This document shows positions 1 to 9,872 of a stretch of 32,000 bases of DNA, one piece after another. Each line of letters starts with the position of its first letter. Positions within the stretch are counted from its first letter, which is position 1. Both the position numbers and the translations under genes were made by a program. The stretch comes from Candidatus Hermodarchaeota archaeon (GTDB taxonomy: Archaea > Asgardarchaeota > Heimdallarchaeia > Hodarchaeales > Hodarchaeaceae), in NCBI GenBank assembly GCA_048886185.1, contig JBHLKY010000003.1, forward strand, positions 210,595 through 242,594. The letters run 5' to 3'. Under the pieces are notes generated by a model. That model saw only the letters and a program-made list of their open reading frames with translations. It was not told where the DNA came from and made no database searches.

Positions 1-415
1 GGCTGATTTTAAATGAAGCAATCTTAAAATAGCCATAATCCTTAGCTAGCTCATTTTCATCAAGCAATAATTCTTCTTGAGAAATCTTATTCAATTTTTT
101 ACGAAAATATTTTCTATATTGTTTTCTTTTCTCCATACGGAAATAATAGTGATAATCACCTGCCTTTTCTGGCGCTGAAACATCATCTTCCTTAATTCGA
201 CCTTTGATTTCTTCAAAAAGAGAACTCTGGAGCTCCTCTGTGTGTTTCATCATTGCTTCTGTATACTTATTTTCAGCCTTTAAATATTCAATAACTTCTG
301 GGTTATCTTTTTCTCGCAACCAAAAATAATGGTCGATTAGTTCCTCCCCATGGTATGAATTTTTTTGAGGGATGATTTTAGCAACAGGAGGTCTAATATT
401 TTTTTTGGAAGACAT
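1..415 (-). CDS. ptrB: Oligopeptidase B (protease II, S9A family), N-terminal part; runs off the left edge of the window
   Basis: Not in the ORF track. Manual translation from ATG at 415 (an in-frame ATG also lies at 430): MSSKKNIRPPVAKIIPQKNSYHGEELIDHYFWLREKDNPEVIEYLKAENKYTEAMMKHTEELQSSLFEEIKGRIKEDDVSAPEKAGDYHYYFR...LLLDENELAKDYGYFKI. This matches the PPVAK..HG..D.Y.WLR..EV..YL.AEN.Y and RIKEDD.S.P signature of the oligopeptidase B N-terminus. Confidence 0.9.
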   Translation of the reverse strand, partial: MSSKKNIRPPVAKIIPQKNSYHGEELIDHYFWLREKDNPEVIEYLKAENKYTEAMMKHTEELQSSLFEEIKGRIKEDDVSAPEKAGDYHYYFRMEKRKQYRKYFRKKLNKISQEELLLDENELAKDYGYFKIASFKIS

Positions 416-573
416 ATATACACAATCCATAGGCCTTTGGTGAGTATCTCTTCAGTTTGTGAATCACCTCAATGATTTAAATAGCTGTTGTCAATGATTT
501 CTGATATAAATTATGAAGTATATATTTTATAAACCGAATCTCATATAGACAAGTCTAAATTAGAACTGAAATA

Positions 574-626
574 AATTTTCGTTAGGATGATATAAATATT
601 TTAAAAAATTTCGTAAGAATGATATA
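574..626. promoter_or_regulatory. Two imperfect 21-bp direct repeats upstream of ptrB (possible operator)
   Basis: aattttcgttaggatgatata (574-594) vs aaatttcgtaagaatgatata (606-626): 18/21 identical, 32-bp period. Confidence 0.3.
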
Positions 627-745
627 TGCATGCCTATATGGATTTATTTTTTTAAGAAACATCAAATCAATAAAACCGAACTATTTAAGATGCTATAGGC
701 ATGTCCGATAATTAACAAGTTATTCGTTGAATGAATAAATGTTTG

Positions 746-2545
746 TTAATTTTTTCTTCGACCCCTTAATATTGTAAATAGTGGTAAGATGATTAGTATT
801 GAGCTTAATATAAATCCTGGCGTGTTACCTGAGATCCTTGAACTTGTTTGGCTGATTCTAGTGCTTGTACTGAGGCTTAATGTAGTGTATTGGGTAGTTT
901 CCCCAGATTCTAACACAATATGTTGATATCCTGTGTAATCGTTACCAACCATTAAAATGAAACTGGTTTCAGTAATGGATTGGTCTAGCTCAAATTCAAT
1001 GGTCTTGCTTTGAGAACTTTCTGGGAAAATGGCTATCGTTTTTACTGGTATACCATTTCGTCTTAACACCTCATAATCTCCATTCAAGAAGTCGATCATC
1101 TCTATTGTATTCAAAGAAGGACTCAAGTTCTCAATATCAACCTCCAACGTGACAACATCGCCAACATCAAAGCCTGTAAATTTAACAGATTTGATCGTAA
1201 TTTGCAATCTGGGAGTTATTTCCAGCCAATAGTCGAAAGCTGGGAAAATATCAAACCAAAGGTTTTCAAAGTTTGTTGCTGATTCAGTAGGGGAAAAATA
1301 TTCATACATACCAGTCCATTTCCAAATTTGATGAGTTTCATTGTCTGAAATGAGGAAATAACATATGTCATTTTCTAAAGAGCTCGCATTATTGTATATC
1401 TCAAAAGTCATTGGAACTTTGCAGCCAGCTTCCTCGTACATCCAGAGAGACCAATCGCCAGCTGTAGAAGTGGCAATGTCTTTATTAATCCCTGAGTGAA
1501 TGAATCTGTTAGGGAGAATCGCCCGTAAATTGAGATATAGTTGATAATAGAGCGATGGTTCGGTGTAATAGTTATTTGAATAAACGGGAAAATAGGTTTC
1601 ATTAATACCACTATGAAGCGACATTGCTGCTGCGAATTTATGTTGGAGGGCAAAATCACGCAAAACAACGGTCTCTGGTTCACTAAAAGGAGTTGTTCCA
1701 GGATAGTCCTCTACTGTTGGATCAGAGCCCCAACCTGATGTGAAGGAAGAATCATTCCAGTAACAATCATAATTTCTGTTTAAGTCTACAAAACCTATGA
1801 CATCCTCATTCACAAGACCATCCCCATCATTATCGATACCTTCAATTACTGTTTCAATTGGATAAGCATTGAATCCCGATTCAATAAGATCCCATGTTGG
1901 AGTAGGTTTTTCATATACTTCAAAAGCATAGATCTTTCCATCCCCATCAACATCTTCAATTGGGTCTTCATCAAACTCCCCATCGCCATCATCATCAAAT
2001 GGTCTTGTGTTTTTTCGAAGCCATTCATTACCTTCGTCAACCACAACATCATTGCCATCTGGATTCAAGGTTGGAATAATATAAATTTCCTCTGTGTCAA
2101 TATAATTGGTGAGTGTTTCATCCACGCCATAATTATTGAGTAAGTGTTGGATAAATCTCAAAGCAATCTCTACTGTTATCTTTTCCCTTGCATGATGTTG
2201 TGCTACAAAGAAAACACCCGCTTTCGGATCTTGGTTTGCCTCATTTGTTATTCTTATAAGTTGGATGTCTTTCTCTAAGAAACTCTGTCCAATAACGGAA
2301 ACATCAACAAGCATTGGGACTACAGTTTCGATATTTGCGATTTCTTCCATAATTTCTGAACTATTATGAAACTTGTTAGGATAGAGTAACGAAACATCAT
2401 CCCACGTGCGGCCAACTGATTGCACTTTTTTGATATGTATATTCATACAGACAGGAGATGCTTTATGGGAATATACGGGCAATATTAATGCAAAAATTAG
2501 GAAAAAGGAGCATAAAACTATCCAATATCTCATTGAAAAAGGCAC
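746..2545 (-). CDS. Secreted, C-terminally anchored M14 zinc carboxypeptidase with an acidic DxDGDG insert
   Basis: HHARE (HxxE zinc ligands), WLRKN, DLNRNY, SLHSG and TFEI motifs; N-terminal hydrophobic signal; Ser/Thr linker followed by TPGF + TM + RGRRKN. The likelier start is ATG at 2533, with GAGGTG upstream. Confidence 0.9.
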   Translation of the reverse strand: MPFSMRYWIVLCSFFLIFALILPVYSHKASPVCMNIHIKKVQSVGRTWDDVSLLYPNKFHNSSEIMEEIANIETVVPMLVDVSVIGQSFLEKDIQLIRITNEANQDPKAGVFFVAQHHAREKITVEIALRFIQHLLNNYGVDETLTNYIDTEEIYIIPTLNPDGNDVVVDEGNEWLRKNTRPFDDDGDGEFDEDPIEDVDGDGKIYAFEVYEKPTPTWDLIESGFNAYPIETVIEGIDNDGDGLVNEDVIGFVDLNRNYDCYWNDSSFTSGWGSDPTVEDYPGTTPFSEPETVVLRDFALQHKFAAAMSLHSGINETYFPVYSNNYYTEPSLYYQLYLNLRAILPNRFIHSGINKDIATSTAGDWSLWMYEEAGCKVPMTFEIYNNASSLENDICYFLISDNETHQIWKWTGMYEYFSPTESATNFENLWFDIFPAFDYWLEITPRLQITIKSVKFTGFDVGDVVTLEVDIENLSPSLNTIEMIDFLNGDYEVLRRNGIPVKTIAIFPESSQSKTIEFELDQSITETSFILMVGNDYTGYQHIVLESGETTQYTTLSLSTSTRISQTSSRISGNTPGFILSSILIILPLFTILRGRRKN

Positions 2546-2839
2546 ACCTCGGAAGAAAGTGACTGAAAGATTTGTTTAAGTGATACATGATAGGTGCAAT
2601 CCTGCATACAAATCACATTATGATATTACCTCTAAAGAACGTTATCGAGCTTATTCTTATTTTTAACGAAGAAATACATTCTTTTAGATCATTATCAAGT
2701 AGACACTATCCATTTCATTGGAAAGGATCGTTGAAATCTGTTTAAACAAAAAAAAAGACCTAATTTCCAAGAACTTTCACTCCTGCGGTTCTTGTTTCGA
2801 ATAGGACTTGAAAGAGGAGATAATTTCATCATGTGCTTT

Positions 2840-3445
2840 TTATCTTAAGACCGATTTCATGATTTGATTATACACTTTGACTATTTCAGCGGATAACACT
2901 CGAAAGGTTTTATCTACATTAATATTTTCTTTTGCAGAAGTCTCTATATAATGGATAGTAAAATCATTCTCCTTCTTTACGAGTTTTGTCAATTCTCGTG
3001 CATATTCAATACCATGTTTCTCTGGAACATGTTTAAAATTAGAATATTTTCGAAGATCACATTTTGCCCCTACAATTAAAAGAGGCCGCTGCCCATCTCC
3101 ATTCAGCTTCCAATAAGAATTAATCCAATTCACGAGATTTAAATACGACTCGAGATTTGTAATATCAAAAAAACAAAGCGCCCCAACCGCACCACGATAA
3201 TAGAGCTCACTTACAACTTTAAACCGAGGTTGGCCTGCGAGGTCCCAAATCTGAAACTTTACTGTATAAGTAGTATTTGTAGGAGGATCAAAAAATGAAA
3301 TCTCTTTTGAGGCAAAATCAGCACCGATAGTCATGAAATATTGTGATCGGAAGGTTTCACCTAGCCAAGCCCGACGAAAAGCACTTTTACCTACTCCTCC
3401 ATCACCAATCATTAATATCTTGGCTCTAAGGGTGATTTCTGACAT
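2840..3445 (-). CDS. Rab-like small GTPase (Asgard-type, no prenylation motif)
   Basis: G1 GDGGVGKS, switch I TIGADF, G3 WDLAGQ, YYRGA, G4 GAKCD (N replaced by A), G5 ETSAK. Confidence 0.92.
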   Translation of the reverse strand: MSEITLRAKILMIGDGGVGKSAFRRAWLGETFRSQYFMTIGADFASKEISFFDPPTNTTYTVKFQIWDLAGQPRFKVVSELYYRGAVGALCFFDITNLESYLNLVNWINSYWKLNGDGQRPLLIVGAKCDLRKYSNFKHVPEKHGIEYARELTKLVKKENDFTIHYIETSAKENINVDKTFRVLSAEIVKVYNQIMKSVLR

Positions 3446-3996
3446 CTTTCGTTATACCCTTCCTAAAAGACTAAGTATTTTGTAAAAGAGGTGATTACAT
3501 CATTTCCTCTGTGCCTATTCCTCTATGGTAATATATAAGATTTATCTTTCGAAAGTAAGATTTCATCAGGGCCTATTCCAATTTAAGATATATAATTGGC
3601 ACAAACCTATTGATAATGAGTAAATATCATATCATTTCCCTCAAATAGGGATAATTTCGCTCTTTAAGGTGATTGACAAACTTTTAACCATTTGATACTT
3701 TATTATTTAACAGGTTTAATTGTAATGTGAAATCGATTAGCAGAGAGATAAAAGACCTTTAATTTCTAGTAATAGATCAACTTCAATGTTTACTTAGAAG
3801 AAAAATAAGACAATATTTAATCACTAATTGACAAGATTTGATTACAGAGTCTGAGAAAAGAATTAGTGTCATCTATTTATTATAGGAACTATAAAAAACA
3901 CAAAATTAAAAATCACGAGTAACTTGTTAAAAAATCTAATTTATTAGAAACAAGAAAATAAATTATTCCTGACAATTTCAGCGGTGAGGAGTATAG

Positions 3997-4686
3997 ATGA
4001 GTTCAATAAATGATACAAATTCTAAAATAGTAAATTTAGAAAAAGAGCTGAGTCGTTACTGGTTTTGTCCCAATGATAGGAATATGCTCCAGATTCTCCA
4101 TACTAAACAGAGTCAAAATCCTTATTTTATTATTAATAGAAAGAATATAGATATTGGGATTCAGAATGCGATAGCCCTGAGAAAAATTGCCCCAGAGGCT
4201 AAAGAACAGACACATGAACTTGTGAATTTTATCTTTGAGAAAGATCCAACTAAAGAGATGATTGATCTCGTTGGAGTTCAATGTAATGTGTGTGGAACAG
4301 GATATTCTGCACCTAAACTTAAGAAGATTGAGGATGGTGATTTCTCAAAAGACAGGGCTCGGGCGTTATTTGAAAGCACTCGAGCACTTGAAACGAAGAA
4401 TTTCGGCCCCTTTCGTGTAGTAGATCACTTTGGAATCGCCCGATACGCTCGAGGTGATCAACAGAGTTCTAGATCAGGATTTTTTTGGCTATGGATCCTA
4501 GGTTTACGCACTATTCTAATGATGGTATTCCTATATTATATTCTTGGGCTGGAATTAAAGGTTGGAAACCGATGGCTACCATTAGGGGCAGTTTTATTCA
4601 TTGGCGGACTGATCTCAGTTATCTTCGTTGGATTTTATTGGAATCTCTTTGAAGTACTTGAGGAATTGCTAAGTGGAATCTACTAG
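3997..4686 (+). CDS. Hypothetical membrane protein with a possible split zinc-ribbon (CPND...CNVC) and two C-terminal TM helices
   Basis: 229-aa ORF with GGTGAGGAG upstream and two hydrophobic segments at the C-terminus; no family recognised. Confidence 0.7.
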   Translation: MSSINDTNSKIVNLEKELSRYWFCPNDRNMLQILHTKQSQNPYFIINRKNIDIGIQNAIALRKIAPEAKEQTHELVNFIFEKDPTKEMIDLVGVQCNVCGTGYSAPKLKKIEDGDFSKDRARALFESTRALETKNFGPFRVVDHFGIARYARGDQQSSRSGFFWLWILGLRTILMMVFLYYILGLELKVGNRWLPLGAVLFIGGLISVIFVGFYWNLFEVLEELLSGIY

Positions 4687-4908
4687 AATCACAGAACAAT
4701 CTATTTTTGATCTATCTAGAAACTATTCCTCTTGAAACTATCCAAAACCAATTTTTAATTTAAAAAATGCACAATTCATTGACTTTAAAGGATTTGAACA
4801 AATAAGATCAAATATAAAAAGAAATAAGAAAGAATTATTATATCAGAATATTCAACATTACTCTTAGAATTACCCTAGGCCCAAGTTTTCAAATTTATTG
4901 AGTATTAT

Positions 4909-5931
4909 TCAGTCTATAACAATAAAGACTTTCATAATTTTGTCCTTTTTTCTCTCGATATACTGATAAGCGTTATTATATTCATGGAAAGGAAAATGGG
5001 TTGTCATCAGGGGTTTCAGTTGAATTCTATTCTTTTTAACTAGATCAATTGCCTGTAAATAGTTCTTTTTTTGATACATTAAAGATCCAATGAGCTGTAA
5101 TTCATTATTTTGAACACTAGCAAGATCGATCGTTTGGTTATCACTAAAAACACCCACAATAATAATCGATGTTCCCTTACGTGCGTTGGAAATTGCTTCG
5201 TTTATAGTTAGATTACTTCCAACGCATTCTACAATGAGATCTGCTTTATCCGGGCCGAACAACTCGTTAATTTTCTCTGAAAGACTATAGTTTTGTGGAT
5301 TGATTGGATAATCAATTCCCACAGTTTTTGCTATTTCTAAACGGTAATCGCTTAAATCAGTAATTAATACTTCTTTTGCACCAAGTGCTTTTGATGTTTG
5401 TGCCACGAGATTTCCTATGGGTCCTGCCCCTAAAACAATTACTCTCGATCCTTCTATAGAATCAGTTTTAGAAAGAGCTGCACAAGCTACAGCTGTGGGT
5501 TCAATCATAGCCCCCTCGTCATATGACATGGATTTTGGTAACTTTATAATCTTGGTCTTCTCCACTACGAAGTATTCAGAAGCCATCCCCGTGGTTTGAA
5601 ACCCCATAACTTTCAATTCGTCACAAATATGATAATTTCCATGAGTACAAGAAAAACATTTCCCACAAACAACTTGAGGTTGGATGGTAACCATTTCACC
5701 AGGTTTATAATCCTCTACTTGAGATCCTGCTTTTTCTATGATTCCTGAGACCTCATGTCCTTGAGTTACTGGATATGATGTTAAGGGATGTTTTCCATGA
5801 TAGACATGGATATCACTTCCACAGATTCCAATTCGTACAATTTTCACTAGTACATCATTTTTATTCATCTTTGGAATGGGTACATCCCGAAACTCGATTT
5901 TTTTTGGGGCTACCAAAACTTGTTGTTTCAT
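4909..5931 (-). CDS. Zinc-dependent MDR alcohol/polyol dehydrogenase (sorbitol/threonine dehydrogenase-like)
   Basis: GICGSD, GHE, structural-zinc CGKCFSC...C and NAD-binding GAGPIG motifs. Confidence 0.93.
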   Translation of the reverse strand: MKQQVLVAPKKIEFRDVPIPKMNKNDVLVKIVRIGICGSDIHVYHGKHPLTSYPVTQGHEVSGIIEKAGSQVEDYKPGEMVTIQPQVVCGKCFSCTHGNYHICDELKVMGFQTTGMASEYFVVEKTKIIKLPKSMSYDEGAMIEPTAVACAALSKTDSIEGSRVIVLGAGPIGNLVAQTSKALGAKEVLITDLSDYRLEIAKTVGIDYPINPQNYSLSEKINELFGPDKADLIVECVGSNLTINEAISNARKGTSIIIVGVFSDNQTIDLASVQNNELQLIGSLMYQKKNYLQAIDLVKKNRIQLKPLMTTHFPFHEYNNAYQYIERKKDKIMKVFIVID

Positions 5932-6081
5932 TAGATCACATTCTTATGAATTAGGAATCTTGCTGTTGGTAGCAAGTTTTCACTTCCAACAAGGTTCATT
6001 ATTCTTACAATTTTACCTAAAAAATTCTTGCCTTTAATGATAGCAGCTTTAGTGTTTGGACTATAATATTCAGAAATATAA

Positions 6082-7434
6082 TCATTTTCTTGGGAATAGA
6101 TTTAATTTGTTCTTAACGAAGCTTCTGATGGAGAGAAATGGATGAAAAACTGCTCCTTTTTCAAATCCAATTGGATCTTCGATTGCAAAGTAACTAAACC
6201 AAAGTAAAAATCGGAATATTAATACTAAAAACATAAGCATTCCAATTAAATTTAATGGTGGTGTCTGGTTTCCACTTAGAAATTGTAAGACTAAGCCAGT
6301 GATACTAGATCCAAGAAAAGCACCAATTCCGCTAATTAATCCTACTAATGAAATATAAGTAGCTTTTCTATTATTATTTTCGGGAGAAATTTCCGCAATG
6401 TCAAAAATCAATGTTTGGATAGCAATTGCTGATCCACCTAAGAAAAAGCCAATGATTGTATTAGTCACGAGTATCCAAAAGACTTGATTTGTTTGTATTG
6501 CAACGATTACAAAGAACGGAGGAAGTATTAAGGCTCCACGTGATCCAATAATTACTTTCTTCCGACCAATCCTGTCTGTTAGCCATCCTCCAATATTTTG
6601 ACTGAAAGCAATTGTTATTCCTGATGAAAATGCTAACACACCAATTTCAAACCAATTGTGAGAAAGACCGAAGGTAACATATGGAAAAAGAGGCCATCCT
6701 GCACCCCACGCCAAAGTAAATATAAAATCTGCTATAAGGAATTTTTTTAAGGGGTGGGGTATCTGTAATAAGATCTTTCTTAGGGAAGTCTCCCGTTTGG
6801 GTTTTATGGACTCATTTCTTATGATTTTATCACTCTTGGGAAGTAGAATAGTGAGGAACATCGCAATACCATAACCAAGAGAACTAATAAAGAACGGGAG
6901 GATTAAGGTTTGGATATTTTGACGAATTGGATCAATTTGATCCATAAAAAAAGTGACAAATAATAACACAAAATTACCAATGAATGTTATGAAGGAACTT
7001 ATACGTCCTAATATAGTTCCTCTAGATTTAGATGTTGTAAAATCAGCAAGGTAAGCAGACCAAGCTGGACCAACAACTACAAGACCCAAAATTGTTTGAA
7101 ATATTAGTAAAATCAGGACAACTAGGGGAGTGGTCGAAAACACTATCAAGAAAGAAACAAGAAATAGAATGAAATTTCCCCCAAATAGAAACAATCTTCT
7201 GTCAAATCTATCAGCTAAGTATCCCCAAAGGGGATTAAACAAAGCAGCACCTAATTGGCGAAAAGAGGTTAAAAAACCTTGAATAATGCCTGTCGCTCCC
7301 AGCATAATGGCTAAAAACTGGTATAAATTGTCAAATAATACAGATCCAATGTAATTACATAATCCAAGAATGTAAGTCATTCTAGGGAATCGATTATTGA
7401 CATAACTCTCTTCTATAAGTTCAGTTTTGGTCAT
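6082..7434 (-). CDS. MFS transporter, probably co-transcribed with the dehydrogenase
   Basis: About 12 TM segments; MFS motif A in both halves (GYLADRFDRR, GWLTDRIGRKK). Confidence 0.92.
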   Translation of the reverse strand: MTKTELIEESYVNNRFPRMTYILGLCNYIGSVLFDNLYQFLAIMLGATGIIQGFLTSFRQLGAALFNPLWGYLADRFDRRLFLFGGNFILFLVSFLIVFSTTPLVVLILLIFQTILGLVVVGPAWSAYLADFTTSKSRGTILGRISSFITFIGNFVLLFVTFFMDQIDPIRQNIQTLILPFFISSLGYGIAMFLTILLPKSDKIIRNESIKPKRETSLRKILLQIPHPLKKFLIADFIFTLAWGAGWPLFPYVTFGLSHNWFEIGVLAFSSGITIAFSQNIGGWLTDRIGRKKVIIGSRGALILPPFFVIVAIQTNQVFWILVTNTIIGFFLGGSAIAIQTLIFDIAEISPENNNRKATYISLVGLISGIGAFLGSSITGLVLQFLSGNQTPPLNLIGMLMFLVLIFRFLLWFSYFAIEDPIGFEKGAVFHPFLSIRSFVKNKLNLFPRK

Positions 7435-7468
7435 ATGAGTAACTTGAAGGAATTTGGGAAGTTTTTAA

Positions 7469-7503
7469 AAGCTATCTGACGATAGATCCATTAAATTTTC
7501 AAC
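7469..7503 (+). repeat. Dispersed 93-bp repeat family, partial copy G
   Basis: AAGCTATCTGACGATAGATCCATTAAATTTTCAAC aligns without gaps to the family core AAGCTACCTGACGATAGGTNCGCTTAATTTCCACA. Confidence 0.6.
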
Positions 7504-7729
7504 CAGGAATGGAATTGTTCAAACAAATTATACAAATCTACAGATAACTGAAATAACTAAATTAAAGAAAACATTCAATTCTAATTCTTGTTTTAAATCA
7601 TGATATCTCACTTATAACCATTTTATCGGTCATTTTCAAAAATTCTGAATGATTAAGAATAATAGATTCAATGAATAGAAAATAGTGAAAACCTCAATAT
7701 TGTCAAATAAGGAATTATTTTCCAAATAA

Positions 7730-8272
7730 TTAGGAGCTCTTAAGAGTCTCAGAATAATTGTGAATTATAAATCGAAGTATGGATTCAAATCCATCAGCAT
7801 TTTCAGTGATCCCATAATATGCTACATGAGGAAGTTCCTCTAGAATTTCAGGTTCATCAATGTGACCTTGATTAAATTCAGTTCTTTCTAATAGCTCAAC
7901 AAAAGCGATAGGTATCGGAAATCCTTCATTTTCCTTTATTAGTTTGTTGTAAAACGTTTTAGCTGCTTTAAAGGAATAATCGTTATTCTTTGAAAAGAGT
8001 ATAATAGCCCCTTCTTTTTCGTTATAATAGGTCTTTGCGAGCTTATCAATTAGATATGGGCTTATAGGTTGCATCAAATTAATTTTAATAACTCTTTTAT
8101 TGGTTTTAAAACGAAATGAAACAATATTTAATGAAACACGGGCTTCTTGGGTTTCAATTTGATCTGGATGTTTTTGGAGGAAAGCTTGAATAATATGATC
8201 AACAGGTTTGTCAAGAAAACTAAGAATGGCAATATTAAATGTCATACCTTCAGTAGGATTATTCTTAGACAC
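7730..8272 (-). CDS. Highly degenerate Rab/Ras-like protein (pseudo-GTPase)
   Basis: Retains the scaffold (FNIAIL, IKINLM, YYNEKEGAIILFS...SF...F, PIPIAFV) but has no GxxxxGK, DxxG or NKxD. Confidence 0.7.
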   Translation of the reverse strand: MSKNNPTEGMTFNIAILSFLDKPVDHIIQAFLQKHPDQIETQEARVSLNIVSFRFKTNKRVIKINLMQPISPYLIDKLAKTYYNEKEGAIILFSKNNDYSFKAAKTFYNKLIKENEGFPIPIAFVELLERTEFNQGHIDEPEILEELPHVAYYGITENADGFESILRFIIHNYSETLKSS

Positions 8273-8328
8273 TTCTGTTCACACATATCCCATTCATAAT
8301 AAATGCCTATGAGTGATAGTTTCTTTAA

Positions 8329-8757
8329 TTTGGTTTTATACTTTTCATAGGAGTGGTGTTCTTAACAATTTCGAAACCAATGTGAATAATCGCTTTTGTT
8401 GAATGCATCCAAGGGATTTTAAAAAGTAGGCTTCTTTGATTTTCTAGACACTTGAGATGAAATATAAATGCCTCAGAGGATGAAAATGAAGAAAAATAAT
8501 CTGGTAAAAAGTGAACCCGAGTACCAAGTCTCCTCTTTACTATTGGGTTATCTTGTCTTATAATGGGAGTTATTCTGTTAGTTAACGCCTTATTCATAGA
8601 GACAGATTCTTTGGAATTTTTCTTTGCCACTTTGATCAGTGGTATCTTGGGTGGTTTAACATTGTACTTTAGAGGCCAGGGGTTTCATCTTGTTTCCACA
8701 GATGAGAGAGATAAAACTACTTATTTTGGTAGTCCTGTATTATTTCATGCTGTATGA
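8329..8757 (+). pseudogene. Remnant of a membrane-protein gene with five in-frame stops
   Basis: A single frame reads FGFILFIGVVFLTISKPM*IIAF...RLL*FSRHLR*NINAS...EEK*SGKK*TRVPSLLFTIGLSCLIMGVILLVNALF...; TM-like segments continue across four TGA and one TAA. Includes track ORF 8563-8757. Confidence 0.45.
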
Positions 8758-8891
8758 GTACTTAACCACATTCTATTCTTTCTAGTCAACTATTATGGTT
8801 TCTAAGGAGTCATCTAATTAACTTTTCATTAATCTTCCATTCAGATAATTGATTAGCTTGAATATTGTGGAAAAAATTTCATTTTTGTTAA

Positions 8892-9341
8892 CTATATAGC
8901 ACTATTTCCAATATAATCATTTAAACATTCATTACAGAGAGAATCAGCTTGCCTTATAAACTGATTTTCTCGCGTAACATAATAGAATGAGACTTTTTCA
9001 AACATAACCACTAATTCATGCACTTTTCTACATAGTTGCGACAGATGGTCTTTTTTAATCTGATAGTCCCTGTTAATTTGATTAATCACCAATTCGCTGT
9101 CAGAATACAATTTAATCTTCCCTTTCGTAAATTTTCGAGCTTCCTTGAGAGCTTCAACAATGGCAAGGTATTCAGCTTGATTATTTGTGTTTCTACCTAT
9201 GAATTTAGATCCACTATGCCACTGCTTACTATTAATTACAAAGATATATCCGATTGCAGCAGGTCCAGGATTTCCTCGTGATGCACCATCAGTAAATATT
9301 CTCAAAATTTTATTTGTAGGGATATTCAGAATGTTTGACAA
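8892..9341 (-). CDS. rnhA: Ribonuclease HI (archaeal/actinobacterial type)
   Basis: FTDGASRGNPGPAAIG, TNNQAEY, SDSELV and RENQ...ADSL motifs carry the D-E-D-D catalytic set. Confidence 0.93.
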   Translation of the reverse strand: MSNILNIPTNKILRIFTDGASRGNPGPAAIGYIFVINSKQWHSGSKFIGRNTNNQAEYLAIVEALKEARKFTKGKIKLYSDSELVINQINRDYQIKKDHLSQLCRKVHELVVMFEKVSFYYVTRENQFIRQADSLCNECLNDYIGNSAI

Positions 9342-9675
9342 AAGAAAACACTCACAATCTTACTTTATAGAAATAATAAACTTAGTCTCTTCTAACTCCT
9401 CCATAGTTCAGCCCGCTGACCAATGCCTTGACCAACTAGTTCAACACTTTCACTAAAGAATAAAAAAGCAGTAAAAAATATAACTACCACTAAAATAAGA
9501 TTTTTATTTTCTCGTTTTAAGTTTTGAAGAGTAAAAAAAATTCAAAAATATAGTGCAAAATTGCTATTTTTCAAGTTTTATAACCTGTTTTTGCATGCCT
9601 TGAAATACAAAAAGTAACTAGAAAACAAAGAAAAGCATACCAAAATCCAACTGATAACATTCTATTGGAAAATTG

Positions 9676-9712
9676 GACACTCCTCAAACTACCTGAGGTT
9701 TGGTTCGCTTAA
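9676..9712 (+). repeat. Dispersed 93-bp repeat family, partial copy J
   Basis: GACACTCCTCAAACTACCTGAGGTTTGGTTCGCTTAA: 28/37 ungapped identity to copy D. Confidence 0.7.
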
Positions 9713-9872
9713 ACCAAACTATTAGGAGATAAAATGTCTATTCTTTATTATGTTAGAAACAATATAATCTTGAGTACAAAATGCACTTTTTTCCTCCTAC
9801 CATATTTAAAAATTCAATACTAAAAAATGAGGATAGAGAGTTGGACTTCATTCATTGAAGGGGCTTAATTGA

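Noticed and set aside
4718-4743. Possible twelfth, very degenerate repeat copy (AGAAACTATTCCTCTTGAAACTATCC); also TAATTTC-ending segments near 2755-2770 and 3750-3767
   Set aside because: About 18/26 with a gap in AT-rich DNA; too weak to count without a profile search.
5963-5991. Hairpin TGTTGG-tagc-AAGT-tttc-ACTT-CCAACA between the MFS and dehydrogenase genes; a similar small hairpin near 2780-2820
   Set aside because: Single occurrences of modest stability with no U-tract or family match.
8325-8630. Track ORF 8325-8630 (-)
   Set aside because: Antisense to the membrane-gene remnant; composition looks like a shadow frame.
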